Of a stretch of 55,299 bases of DNA, positions 39,860-48,756 are shown piece after piece (the first letter of the stretch is position 1; every line of letters starts with the position of its first letter). The notes below the pieces were generated by a model. That model saw only the letters and a list, made by a program, of their open reading frames with translations. It was not told where the DNA came from and did not search any database. This DNA is from an uncultured Gammaproteobacteria bacterium (lineage in GTDB: Bacteria; Patescibacteriota; Microgenomatia; CAZETR01; Amesbacteraceae). The DNA lies in contig CAZIVL010000001.1 of the NCBI GenBank assembly GCA_964543035.1, forward strand, positions 433,736-489,034, given 5' to 3'. The position numbers and the translations under genes were made by a program.

Positions 39860-40464
39860 TATCATCCCACTCAATGAACAGCCGCAATCTTCTCATAGCA
39901 GCCGTCATCATTGTGGGCGGATTGATTCTTCTAAATTACAAATCCCTCTCCTCAAAACTCCTCCCATCAGGTAAACTCCAAGAAGAAAACAGTATGGACA
40001 ACACAAAATCAGTCACCGACGAGCCCATCACAGGCAAGCCTCAAGTGGAGATTGCGACATCCAAAGGCAAGATCGTTTTGGAGCTTCGCCCAGACGTGGC
40101 CCCCAAGACAGTTGCCAATTATCTTGGTAAGTGGTCCGATGGTTCGTGCAATGGCCGCACTTTCCACAGAGTAGAGGACTGGGTAGTCCAAGGTTGTGAT
40201 CCCAAAGGCGATGGCACGGGTGGAGAGTCCAGCCTTCCCACAGAGACTTCTTCCGAATCATTCACCGCTGGCAGTCTAGGAGTAGCCAGGCGAGCCGTCC
40301 CCAAGGATGTGTCAAATGACAGCCAGTTCTTTATCGTCAAATCAGATTCTACTTTTCTAAACGGTGACTATACCTATTTTGGAAAAGTTATCTCCGGCAT
40401 GGATGTGGTAAATGCCCTCGCAGTCGGCGATAAGATCATAGAAACCACCGTTCTCTCCAAATAA
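39856..40464 (+). CDS. membrane-anchored cyclophilin-type peptidyl-prolyl cis-trans isomerase
   Basis: FHRVEDWVVQGCDPKGDGTGGES, SQFFIV and YTYFGKVISGMDVV. ATG 39874 (MNSRNLLIAAVIIVGG) is the more likely start. Confidence 0.85.
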   Translation: MISSHSMNSRNLLIAAVIIVGGLILLNYKSLSSKLLPSGKLQEENSMDNTKSVTDEPITGKPQVEIATSKGKIVLELRPDVAPKTVANYLGKWSDGSCNGRTFHRVEDWVVQGCDPKGDGTGGESSLPTETSSESFTAGSLGVARRAVPKDVSNDSQFFIVKSDSTFLNGDYTYFGKVISGMDVVNALAVGDKIIETTVLSK

Positions 40465-40470
40465 TCGCAT

Positions 40471-41169
40471 ATGTCAGACATCACTCATCTTCCCAATGGT
40501 AACATCGAAATCCCGATTACCTTGCCATGGGCAGATGTCCAAAAAGAGTTTGATCATCAGATAGACGATGCAGTGGCCAAAGCCAAGATCGAGGGTTTTA
40601 GGCCTGGTAAAGCTCCCAGAGAGCTCGTAGCAGCCCGTCTAGACCAAAACGATCTAGTCACCCACGCCATCCAGCACCTTTTACCTGCAGTTTACGCCAA
40701 AGCCATCAAAGAAGCAGGCATCAAACCCATCGTCTATCCACACTTGCGACTTGTATCAGGAAAGCAAAATGAAGACTGGAAGTTTATAGCCACCACCTGC
40801 GAACCCCCTGTAGTAAATCTACCAGAGGACTTAAAATTGACCAAGTTGGCTTCCGATTTGTCTCGTGAGGACAAGCTAGAAAAAATTATAGGTGAGCTCA
40901 AAAAATATGCCCCCAAAATTCCCGATGTCTTAGTAGAAGAAGAGTCCAATCACAGACTCACGGCTCTGGCCGAAAACGTCACCAAATTAGGCATGTCCAT
41001 GGACAATTATCTGTCTTCAAAAAAACTGACTGCCGAAGATCTCAAAGCTAGTACCGCCATCCAAGCCAAAGCCGATCTCGAAGTCGAATTTATCCTCCAA
41101 ACTGTCCAAGATCTATACAAAAAGAAGGATCGCAAAGAAACCCTTGACCACTTGCTCTCAGTGGTATAA
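40471..41169 (+). CDS. tig: trigger factor-like chaperone lacking the FKBP PPIase domain
   Basis: N-terminal ribosome-binding domain with EGFRPGKAPRELV (TF signature GFRxGKxP), joined directly to a C-terminal-arm-like segment. It is only 232 aa. Confidence 0.65.
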   Translation: MSDITHLPNGNIEIPITLPWADVQKEFDHQIDDAVAKAKIEGFRPGKAPRELVAARLDQNDLVTHAIQHLLPAVYAKAIKEAGIKPIVYPHLRLVSGKQNEDWKFIATTCEPPVVNLPEDLKLTKLASDLSREDKLEKIIGELKKYAPKIPDVLVEEESNHRLTALAENVTKLGMSMDNYLSSKKLTAEDLKASTAIQAKADLEVEFILQTVQDLYKKKDRKETLDHLLSVV

Positions 41170-41178
41170 TAGATATAT

Positions 41179-41796
41179 ATGTCACAGCCTATAGGAAATA
41201 AAGTGAAGAGCCCTCCTACTAACTTCTTCGAGGCTCTAAAAGATCTAGGGGAAAGCACGCTTTCTGAAGCCAAAGTCCAGATAAAAAAAGTCGTCACCGA
41301 CGATATTCCCCAGGCCATCGGCATGGCTCCGGCAGGCACCCTCAAACAAGGCGAATCTCTGTCTGTAGCCGATCTCAAAAAAGCCGAAAACAAAGGTTAC
41401 ACTGAGGCCAAATCTGAGTTCAACGTTCAATTGCGCCAGATGCAAGAGGACGAGCGCAGACGTCTTCTTGCTATCGAAAATCAGACCAGACAGCAAATCA
41501 CGTCTATTCAGGCAGAAATCAAGCTTCTGGCCCAATCCACCAAAGAGCTCGGAAAAGAGTTCGAGATTGCAGCCAGTCAGGCCGTGGTCAATCCTGGCAT
41601 CTATCACAAGAACTTTTTTGCCCACCTCAGCTCTCTTATCAAGACCTTGCGTCAGCAAGTTCAGGATTCCAAGCATTGGCTAGCCACGACCAACGCCAGA
41701 GCTGGCAAACGTGGTGCTTACTGGTCAGGTGTAAAAAAGAGCGGTACATCCTTCATGCTCTCTTCTGAGCGATATATGGTAACATCAACTGGATAA
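41179..41796 (+). CDS. hypothetical protein (205 aa)
   Basis: Clean ORF with a coiled-coil middle. No family recognised. Confidence 0.5.
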   Translation: MSQPIGNKVKSPPTNFFEALKDLGESTLSEAKVQIKKVVTDDIPQAIGMAPAGTLKQGESLSVADLKKAENKGYTEAKSEFNVQLRQMQEDERRRLLAIENQTRQQITSIQAEIKLLAQSTKELGKEFEIAASQAVVNPGIYHKNFFAHLSSLIKTLRQQVQDSKHWLATTNARAGKRGAYWSGVKKSGTSFMLSSERYMVTSTG

Positions 41797-41890
41797 ACAT
41801 ATGTCAAAGACTTTAAATTTTGCTTTTTTCTTTACCCCGCATGCGGGGCGGTTTGGGTGATTTAAAAAAAATTACCCCAGACGGCAATAG

Positions 41891-41912
41891 CCCCGCACCA
41901 AGCGGGGTTTTT
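41891..41912 (+). terminator. rho-independent terminator
   Basis: CCCCGC-ACCAA-GCGGGG followed by TTTTTCTTTT. A related palindrome CCCCGCATGCGGGG lies at 41836-41849. Confidence 0.7.
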
Positions 41913-42066
41913 CTTTTGGAAAAACTATGAAAGATATACCTCAACCAAAACCAGAGTCCCAGCTCGAAAAAACCATCTCAGTATGGCTCGCTTATTTGGT
42001 TCAAAAAAATCAGGCAGAGGCTGATCGAACCCTGAGAGTTATCAATCGCAAGGCTTTAAAAGTTCC

Positions 42067-42765
42067 ATGGAAAAAATAATTGCCCATTTAGGCCTACCTG
42101 GCTCGTACAGTCATCAGGCCACCCTCAGATATTTTGGCAAAAAAGCCGTGGTTCTATCGTGCTTATCATTTGATGAGATCATTTCCAAGATAAAAGAGGG
42201 CACAGTGTCCCATGGAGTCATCCCGGTATCAAACAGTCTGACAGGGCCTATTGCTGACAATTACCAGCTTATACGAGCCTCCACCCTAGCCGTAGTGGGG
42301 GAATTGGATCTTCCCATTCATCATTGTCTGGCCAGTGTTTCTTATGCATTGCAGGGTGAGACAAAAAAAATCTACTCCCATCCCCAGGCTCTTTCCCAGT
42401 GCAAAAGATATCTCAGCAAATACCCTGAAGTCGACCAAATTTCATATGCCGATACTGCATCAGCAGCCAAATACGTCAGTGATCAAAAAGACCCATCACT
42501 AGCAGTCATTTGTAGCAAATCAGCAGCCAAAATCTATAGCTTAAAAGTCCTGGCACCAAACATCGAAGACCAATCTAGCAACACTACGCACTTCTATATC
42601 ATAAGTCGACCCGAACTTTCTCAATATCGCACCCAAATTGATTCAATTGACAAACAAATCATCAAATTGATTTCAAAAAGACTCAGTATTTGCAAAGAAG
42701 TAGGCAACATAAAAAACATCTCAAATTACCCATACTTGATTCCACCCGTGAACAGTTGGTCATAA
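42067..42765 (+). CDS. pheA: prephenate dehydratase fused to the N-terminal part of a chorismate mutase domain (reading frame broken near 42711-42716)
   Basis: PDT domain (LGLPGSYSHQA...NTTHFYII), then the CM type II helix 1 YRTQIDSIDKQIIKLISKRLSICKEVGNIK. The ACT domain is absent. Confidence 0.8.
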   Translation: MEKIIAHLGLPGSYSHQATLRYFGKKAVVLSCLSFDEIISKIKEGTVSHGVIPVSNSLTGPIADNYQLIRASTLAVVGELDLPIHHCLASVSYALQGETKKIYSHPQALSQCKRYLSKYPEVDQISYADTASAAKYVSDQKDPSLAVICSKSAAKIYSLKVLAPNIEDQSSNTTHFYIISRPELSQYRTQIDSIDKQIIKLISKRLSICKEVGNIKNISNYPYLIPPVNSWS

Positions 42766-42869
42766 AAAAAGTCCAAAGTTACTCAAACTTGGACAATACG
42801 TTTGTAAAAAAACTATATTCAGTAATTATTTCTCACTGTCGGAGTGTTCAAAATCGAAGGGAGGTGTAA
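42729..42869 (+). pseudogene. pheA: remainder of the chorismate mutase domain in a different frame (frameshifted continuation of pheA)
   Basis: My translation of 42729-42866 is PILDSTREQLVIKKVQSYSNLDNTFVKKLYSVIISHCRSVQNRREV. This is the expected continuation (PIxDxxRE..) of CM helix 1. One extra A in the A6 run 42711-42716 restores GNIKKHLKLPILDSTRE. Confidence 0.7.
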
Positions 42870-42942
42870 AAGTGTATGTGTGAAAGAGTTGTAGCAGATT
42901 GGATAAGGCAAGTACAAATACGTCAAGGAAAGATTGTCGAAA

Positions 42943-44154
42943 TCAAAGTTTCAACCACTTCTGAAAAACCTGATCCAGCAAAACCCGATCAACCCGTCCC
43001 TGCTCCAGATCCACAGGAGTCAAAAGAGAAGGAGAAGAAGGACTAATTTTTCCTGTCACTTCATCCGCGTACCTCTCTTGAATCGCCTGGGCATTAGTAT
43101 TTACAGGCAAGCTGATCTCCGAGGCCAGCTTGTCTTGGGTGTCAAACACTCGGATCTTACCAATTGCAGTCATACCTACTGCGTTTCCAGCAAACAGCAT
43201 CGACCATTTTCCACTCTGCAAATCAGAGATCGAAAACACCTTTTCCGATACCGCAAATCCCATCTTAGGAAACATGTACTCAACTCCAAATTGTCTAGTA
43301 GTACCTGCCAATATATAGGTGTCTTTAGGTTGTACTCTGATTTCTCCGGTCTCAGATATCAAAAACAGGTCTTCACCAATCCCATCCGCCGGCACCACTC
43401 CACCAATGTCATCCGAGAGCCTGTATGGTCCAGGACAGAGTATCTCGTCGATCTCAATTCCCAACTCTTTCTTTAGTTTATCGGCCCGACTCCGTAGCTT
43501 TCGTCCATGAGCATAATTTCTTGCCTCTTTGGCGACGACTGGGTGTTCCCGCACCGTATCCAAAAACAATGCAACCTCCAATCCACCTGGTCTATCGGGA
43601 ATATATTTTGGCCAGTTCCAAGAAAGAGCCGTCAGATCAGATTTCACTCCACTTTCGCCTCCCACTCCATATGACTGTTCCCAGCTTCCCGATACCACAG
43701 GTCTGATATAAGCTCGGGACAGTTCTCCATTTTTAGATCTCAAGATACTTTCACCCAAGACCGATAGCCAAGTTTTTATCGCCTCATCCAATTCAGAGGC
43801 CAAAACAGGCAGTTCGAGTCCCACAGTTTCCGCACTTTTTTGCAATCTGGCAAATCTTTCAGGATACAAGATCATATTTGCTCCGGAGAGCTTCCCGTTC
43901 TCAGAGACTGGGTTGATGCTCATGCCCTCGAATATTAGTTGTGCATAGTCATGGGCAGGGTTTTCTCTTACTTCTTGGTTCAATGGATGCCAAGAGGGCA
44001 CAATAATCAATTTATTTTCGGTTCTGTCATATGTCAGGACATACACAGCTCCCGGTTTTTTTGCCAAAAAGATTTCTCTCAACTTTTTATGCTCCTCGTT
44101 GGGCACAGGATACATATCTAACCTAGATTTATCCGGAATATACTTTGAGATCAT
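42943..44154 (-). CDS. class IV (branched-chain/D-amino acid) aminotransferase-fold protein, divergent
   Basis: YAQLIFEGMS, YPERFARLQKSAETVGLELP, RAYIRPVV, ILAGTTRQFGVE and MLFAGNAVGMTAIGKI line up with remembered IlvE-family blocks. Confidence 0.55.
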   Translation of the reverse strand: MISKYIPDKSRLDMYPVPNEEHKKLREIFLAKKPGAVYVLTYDRTENKLIIVPSWHPLNQEVRENPAHDYAQLIFEGMSINPVSENGKLSGANMILYPERFARLQKSAETVGLELPVLASELDEAIKTWLSVLGESILRSKNGELSRAYIRPVVSGSWEQSYGVGGESGVKSDLTALSWNWPKYIPDRPGGLEVALFLDTVREHPVVAKEARNYAHGRKLRSRADKLKKELGIEIDEILCPGPYRLSDDIGGVVPADGIGEDLFLISETGEIRVQPKDTYILAGTTRQFGVEYMFPKMGFAVSEKVFSISDLQSGKWSMLFAGNAVGMTAIGKIRVFDTQDKLASEISLPVNTNAQAIQERYADEVTGKISPSSPSLLTPVDLEQGRVDRVLLDQVFQKWLKL

Positions 44155-44178
44155 ATAGCCTTATAATTGTATCACCCT

Positions 44179-44252
44179 GGACTCGTAGCTCAGTTGGTTA
44201 GAGCGTGGCATTGACATTGCCAAGGCCACAGGTTCGAATCCTGTCGGGTCCA
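44179..44252 (+). tRNA. tRNA-Val (anticodon GAC)
   Basis: GGACTCG-TA-GCTC-AGTTGGTTA-GAGC-G-TGGCA-TTGACAT-TGCCA-AGGCC-ACAGG-TTCGAAT-CCTGT-CGGGTCC-A. Confidence 0.85.
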
Positions 44253-44259
44253 CAACAAA

Positions 44260-45081
44260 ATGAATATTGGAGCACATACATCAATAGCCGGAGGTTTCGA
44301 TAAATGTATCGATCGCATTGTAGAAATGGGTGGCAATTGTCTCATGACTTTTGCTTCCTCCCCCCGGTCTCTTCAGTACAAGGACATAGACCCCAAAACT
44401 ATAGCCAGCTATCTCGCAAAGAAAAAAAGCGCGAATATCGGCCCCCACTTTTTCCACGGAGTCTATTTAGCAAACCTAGCCGCCGAGAGCAAATCACACC
44501 TCAAAATCAGTATGGACTCCCTTATTTTTTACCAAAGATTAGCAGGTGAAATCGGCGGGGTCGGAACCATCTTGCACATAGGAAGTCACAAAGGTGTAGG
44601 CTTTGAAAAAGTTTTGAGTCAGATTATCGCTTCGGTAAACTATATCCTGGACAGCTCACCCAAAGGAATTAGACTAATTTTAGAAAACGCAGCCGGCCAA
44701 AATGGGACTATAGGAAGTCTCAAAGAATTAGCCCAGATTATAGGAAGAGTAGGGGACAAGTCAAAAATTGGCGTCTGTTTGGATACTCAGCACGCATTTG
44801 CAGGCGGAATCAAGATTGAAACACTCTTGGATCAATTTGATCAGATAGTGGGCATCAAACACCTGTCAGTCATTCATCTCAACGATTCCAAATCTGATTT
44901 TGGTTCTCACTTGGACCGTCACGAAAATCTAGGCGAAGGCAAGATTGGTATTGAGCCCCTACGCAAATTTCTGGCCGACTCCAGACTCAAAAATATCCCA
45001 ATAATTATAGAAGTTCCGGGCAGTGGAGCAGGACCTCGAAAAGAGGACATTGACACCCTCAAATCATTGGTAGATAATTAA
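44260..45081 (+). CDS. nfo: deoxyribonuclease IV (endonuclease IV)
   Basis: MNIGAHTSIAGG, ILENAAGQ, CLDTQHAFAGG and IHLNDSK are Nfo/AP endonuclease 2 motifs. Confidence 0.9.
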   Translation: MNIGAHTSIAGGFDKCIDRIVEMGGNCLMTFASSPRSLQYKDIDPKTIASYLAKKKSANIGPHFFHGVYLANLAAESKSHLKISMDSLIFYQRLAGEIGGVGTILHIGSHKGVGFEKVLSQIIASVNYILDSSPKGIRLILENAAGQNGTIGSLKELAQIIGRVGDKSKIGVCLDTQHAFAGGIKIETLLDQFDQIVGIKHLSVIHLNDSKSDFGSHLDRHENLGEGKIGIEPLRKFLADSRLKNIPIIIEVPGSGAGPRKEDIDTLKSLVDN

Positions 45082-45205
45082 TCTAATCTATTTTGGTCGT
45101 AGGCCTCACCAACCTGCACAAAGACCAAAGATCTAAATTGAGCCACCAAGTAGCTAGTTGGAACCCTGGGACTAGCGAAGCGGGGGCTTTTTTATTTTCA
45201 AACAC

Positions 45206-46435
45206 ATGAATGACAACGATCACAAAATATTAGGCAAAGAGCTAGACCTCTTCACCTTTTCCGACACTGTCGGCAAGGGTTTGCCATTGTGGACACCAAA
45301 AGGATCGATCATTAGGCGCGAATTAGAGCGTTGGGTCGTCGACGAAGAAATAAAAGATGGCTATCTACACGTCTATACACCAGATATAGCCAAATTAGAT
45401 CTATTCGAGAAGTCAGGTCATTACCCTTATTACAAAGACTCCATGTACGCCCCGATTGAAATCGATGACGAAAAATTTATGTTACGTCCCATGACTTGTC
45501 CACACCACTTCGAATTATATTTATCTCGTCCCCATAGCTACAAAGAATTACCGATCAGATATGCAGAACTTGCAAAGCTCTACCGCTACGAACAATCAGG
45601 TGAACTAATGGGGCTCCAAAGAGTTAGATCATTTTGCTTGGCCGACGCCCATATCATTACAAATCAGGAACACATGAACTCGGAGTTTAACCGAGTTCTG
45701 GATTTGATTGAGAAAATGGTTCACACTTTGGGCCTAGAACCTCAAAAAGATTATTGGTACCGACTATCACTCGGCGATAGATCCAATACCGAAAAGTACT
45801 ATAAAGACGATGCGGCTTGGGACCATGCAGAAAATATATTAAGAGATGTACTCAGGTCAAGAAACTCACACTTTGTCGAGGCAGCTGGCGAGGCTGCCTT
45901 CTATGGACCGAAGATCGATATTCAGATGAGAAACGCAAACGGCAAAGAAGAAACAGCTTTTACTGTCCAATATGACTTTGTTATGCCAAAACGTTTTAAA
46001 CTAAGTTACATAAACGAGAAAGGCGAAGAGCAAGAACCTCTTGTCATCCATCGTAGCTCAATCGGCTGTATAGAGCGCATTATTGCCTTTTTGATCGAAA
46101 AGTATTCAGGTGCATTCCCCACGTGGCTTTCCCCGGTCCAGGTAGTAGTATTGCCCATATCTGACAAACAGCTAGATTACGCTCAAAAAGTTGCAACTGA
46201 GCTAAAAGCCGCCAAGATCAGAGTGGAGCTCAATGACAAAAACGAGCCTCTAAACGCCAGAATCCGTGATGCTGGAAACCAAAAAGTCCCCTATATAGTC
46301 GTAGTCGGCGACAAAGAAGTCGAGTCTGGCTCGGTTTCAATTAGAAAGCGTGGTCAGCAAAATTCAATCGTCTCGAGCCTGGCTAAGTTCACATCTGAAG
46401 TTAAGAATGCTATAATTACTAGGTCTAGTGAGTAA
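45206..46435 (+). CDS. thrS: threonine--tRNA ligase, catalytic core plus anticodon-binding domain only
   Basis: It starts at HKILGKELDLFTF (the beginning of the class II core). Motifs are RPMTCPHH, FRYEQSGELMGLQRVRSF, GPKIDIQ and HRSSIGCIERIIAFLIE. It is 409 aa, with no TGS or editing domains. Confidence 0.9.
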   Translation: MNDNDHKILGKELDLFTFSDTVGKGLPLWTPKGSIIRRELERWVVDEEIKDGYLHVYTPDIAKLDLFEKSGHYPYYKDSMYAPIEIDDEKFMLRPMTCPHHFELYLSRPHSYKELPIRYAELAKLYRYEQSGELMGLQRVRSFCLADAHIITNQEHMNSEFNRVLDLIEKMVHTLGLEPQKDYWYRLSLGDRSNTEKYYKDDAAWDHAENILRDVLRSRNSHFVEAAGEAAFYGPKIDIQMRNANGKEETAFTVQYDFVMPKRFKLSYINEKGEEQEPLVIHRSSIGCIERIIAFLIEKYSGAFPTWLSPVQVVVLPISDKQLDYAQKVATELKAAKIRVELNDKNEPLNARIRDAGNQKVPYIVVVGDKEVESGSVSIRKRGQQNSIVSSLAKFTSEVKNAIITRSSE

Positions 46436-47000
46436 CCCGCATTTTAGGATCAACCATCAAATTCAGGCCAAGGAGGTCCGCCTTCTTCGAGCCGATGGCT
46501 CCCAAATAGGCGTCGTCACTCGCGATGAAGCACTTTCCCAAGCCAAAACCGAAAAAGTAGACGCAGTCGAGATAGCCCCCATGGCCGTCCCGCCGGTCGT
46601 CAAACTTATCGACTACAAGAAGCTCTTGTACCAGATGGCCAAAAAGGAGCAGGCTGCCAAAGCCTCCGCCAAAAAGGTCGATCTTAAAGAAGTCCGTTTG
46701 ACGCCGTTTATGGCCGAAAACGATTTTGCGACCAGAATTGGTCGGGGCAGAGAGTTTCTCACCGAAGGCAACAAGCTAAGAATCGCCATCAAATTTGTGG
46801 GCCGCCAGCTTGGCAAAAAGAACTTCGGAGACGTAGTCATGAATAGAGCTTTCGCGGCTTTGGAAGATATCAGTACTGTCGATCAGCCAGCCAAATGGTT
46901 TGGCAAGCAGTACATAGCAACCCTGACACCAGTTAAAAAATCAGCAAAAGTTGAAAAACAAAATGAGCAACAAACAGAAAACTCGCAAATCAGTAGCTAA
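46428..47000 (+). CDS. infC: translation initiation factor IF-3
   Basis: INHQIQAKEVRLLRADGSQIGVV and the C-terminal domain KEVRLTPFMAENDFATRIGRGREFL. The start codon is uncertain (the track uses GTG 46428). Confidence 0.9.
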   Translation: MSNPHFRINHQIQAKEVRLLRADGSQIGVVTRDEALSQAKTEKVDAVEIAPMAVPPVVKLIDYKKLLYQMAKKEQAAKASAKKVDLKEVRLTPFMAENDFATRIGRGREFLTEGNKLRIAIKFVGRQLGKKNFGDVVMNRAFAALEDISTVDQPAKWFGKQYIATLTPVKKSAKVEKQNEQQTENSQISS

Positions 47001-47163
47001 GCGCTTCAAGATTTCTGGCACCGGAAAAGTGATTCGCAGAGTCTCGTTCGGCCGCCACATCAGAGCTAGTAAGTCTGCAGTCCAAAAGCGCAGATACCGA
47101 AAATCAGCCATCCTTACCGGTCGCGTAGCCAGAAGAGTTAGACGCCTACTTGCAATCTCATGA
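46963..47163 (+). CDS. rpmI: 50S ribosomal protein L35
   Basis: [29 protein letters not shown] 46963 is preferred over the TTG at 46951. Confidence 0.9.
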   Translation: MSNKQKTRKSVAKRFKISGTGKVIRRVSFGRHIRASKSAVQKRRYRKSAILTGRVARRVRRLLAIS

Positions 47164-47510
47164 GAGTAAAATCATCTCGTCGCCAAAGACACAACAAAAT
47201 CCTAAATCTTGCAAAAGGTTACAGGATGACTCGAAACAGGCTATACAAAGTAGCTCGTGAAGCAGTCATTCACGCCGGCCAATACGCTTTTGCCGGCCGT
47301 CACCTCAAGAGGCGTGATCTGAGAGCCACTTGGATCGTTCGCATGAACGCAGCTCTTCGAGAGCTTGGAGTTACATACTCAAAGTTCATTCCCGCTCTAA
47401 AAAATGCCAAGATTGAGATCGACAGAAAGATTTTAGCTGAACTCGCCGTTCGCAACTCAAAAGCCTTCAAAGCAGTCGTCGAGACCGCAGGCTTTACCAC
47501 TTCCAAGTAA
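47160..47510 (+). CDS. rplT: 50S ribosomal protein L20
   Basis: [36 protein letters not shown]... is a canonical L20 N-terminus. ATGA overlap with rpmI. Confidence 0.95.
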   Translation: MRVKSSRRQRHNKILNLAKGYRMTRNRLYKVAREAVIHAGQYAFAGRHLKRRDLRATWIVRMNAALRELGVTYSKFIPALKNAKIEIDRKILAELAVRNSKAFKAVVETAGFTTSK

Positions 47511-47534
47511 TAGGGGAGTGGTCATTATCCAAAA

Positions 47535-47557
47535 CTCCCCACAAAGGGAGTTTTTTT
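47535..47557 (+). terminator. rho-independent terminator after rplT (an alternative hairpin is possible)
   Basis: CTCCC-CACAAA-GGGAG followed by TTTTTTT. The 5' arm can alternatively pair with GGGGAGT (47513-47519). Confidence 0.65.
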
Positions 47558-47582
47558 ATTGCGTTTGATATAAAATAAATCC

Positions 47583-47726
47583 ATGAGCATCACCGAAAAC
47601 CCTAATCCAAATGAATTCATCGACATGCTCAAAGTCGGAACTGCCATGATTGTAACTGGACTTATGTTACTGTACCTAGCCCGACCCATTATCAATAAAT
47701 TATTTCCCACCAAACACAAAGAATAA
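47583..47726 (+). CDS. small membrane protein (47 aa); not in the ORF track
   Basis: My translation is MSITENPNPNEFIDMLKVGTAMIVTGLMLLYLARPIINKLFPTKHKE, with one TM helix. It is co-directional with the operon and ends 2 nt before pheS. The antisense track ORF 47525-47719 is judged spurious. Confidence 0.4.
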   Translation: MSITENPNPNEFIDMLKVGTAMIVTGLMLLYLARPIINKLFPTKHKE

Positions 47727-47728
47727 AC

Positions 47729-48751
47729 ATGCGTGACAAATTAAACAATCTAAAAAACCAAGCCCTGGGGCAGATTATGTCCGCCACATCAGCCCAAGAA
47801 CTAGAAGATATTAGGGTTCAGTATCTTGGAAAAAAAGGGGCAATTACTGAAATCGCCAAAGAATTACCCAAATTATCAGCCGAAGACAAACAAGACATCG
47901 GCCCATTATTCAACGACGTCAAAACCTCTATCTCAGAGGCTCTCTCCCGTTCTACAAACAACAGACAACCCTCAACTGACAACTATGACCATACTTTACC
48001 AGGCACCAAGCCCACCTTAGGCCATCTGCACCCAGTGACAACTGCCATTGAGGAGATCAGCGGTATTTTCGAAAAGATTGGCTTTGTGAGAGTGAGATAC
48101 CCTGAGGTCGACTGGGATTGGTATGCATTTGAGAGTCTCAATATGCCAAAAAGTCACCCCGCTCGTGATGATTGGGAAACTTTTTTTGTGGACGCTCCAG
48201 AGGACAAAAAAATGGGCAAAATAGTTTTGACTCCTCATACCTCAAACGGCCAAGTTCGCGAGATGGAAAGACTAGGTGGTCCACCCATTAGGATGATAAA
48301 CATTGCCAAATGTTACAGGCGCCAGTCAGACGTCTCACACACTGTCATGTTCCACCAGTTCGAAGGACTAGTCGTTGACAAAGATATAAATATTACTCAC
48401 CTCAAAGGCACGATTGATTACTTCGTGAAGCAATTTTTTGGGTCAGACAGAAAGTCCAGATTACGTCCATATCATTTTCAGTTCACCGAGCCATCATTTG
48501 AAGTGGACGTCACTTGCGATATCTGTTTAGGTAAAGGTTGCAAGCTCTGCAAAGAAGGCTGGCTCGAGCTAGGTGGCGCCGGCATGGTGCATCCCAATGT
48601 TCTGAAAGCAGGTAAAATCGATTCCGAAAAATTCACTGGCTTTGCCTTCGGCTGGGGGGTCGAGAGGACTTACATGATGAAATCGGGTCTCAAAATCCCA
48701 GATCTTAGGCTTTTATATTCCAATGATATTAGATTTTTAAATCAATTTTAA
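47729..48751 (+). CDS. pheS: phenylalanine--tRNA ligase alpha subunit
   Basis: HPARDDWETFF, YRRQSDVSHTVMFHQFEGL, GAGMVHPNVL and FAFGWGVERT are class II PheS motifs. Confidence 0.95.
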   Translation: MRDKLNNLKNQALGQIMSATSAQELEDIRVQYLGKKGAITEIAKELPKLSAEDKQDIGPLFNDVKTSISEALSRSTNNRQPSTDNYDHTLPGTKPTLGHLHPVTTAIEEISGIFEKIGFVRVRYPEVDWDWYAFESLNMPKSHPARDDWETFFVDAPEDKKMGKIVLTPHTSNGQVREMERLGGPPIRMINIAKCYRRQSDVSHTVMFHQFEGLVVDKDINITHLKGTIDYFVKQFFGSDRKSRLRPYHFQFTEPSFEVDVTCDICLGKGCKLCKEGWLELGGAGMVHPNVLKAGKIDSEKFTGFAFGWGVERTYMMKSGLKIPDLRLLYSNDIRFLNQF

Positions 48752-48756
48752 AAAAT

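Noticed and set aside
41927-42079. 50-aa ORF (MKDIPQPKPESQLEKTISVWLAYLVQKNQAEADRTLRVINRKALKVPWKK) overlapping the pheA start, considered as a leader peptide
   Set aside because: It contains no Phe or Tyr run, has no convincing RBS, and has no associated alternative terminator structure. It is left unannotated.
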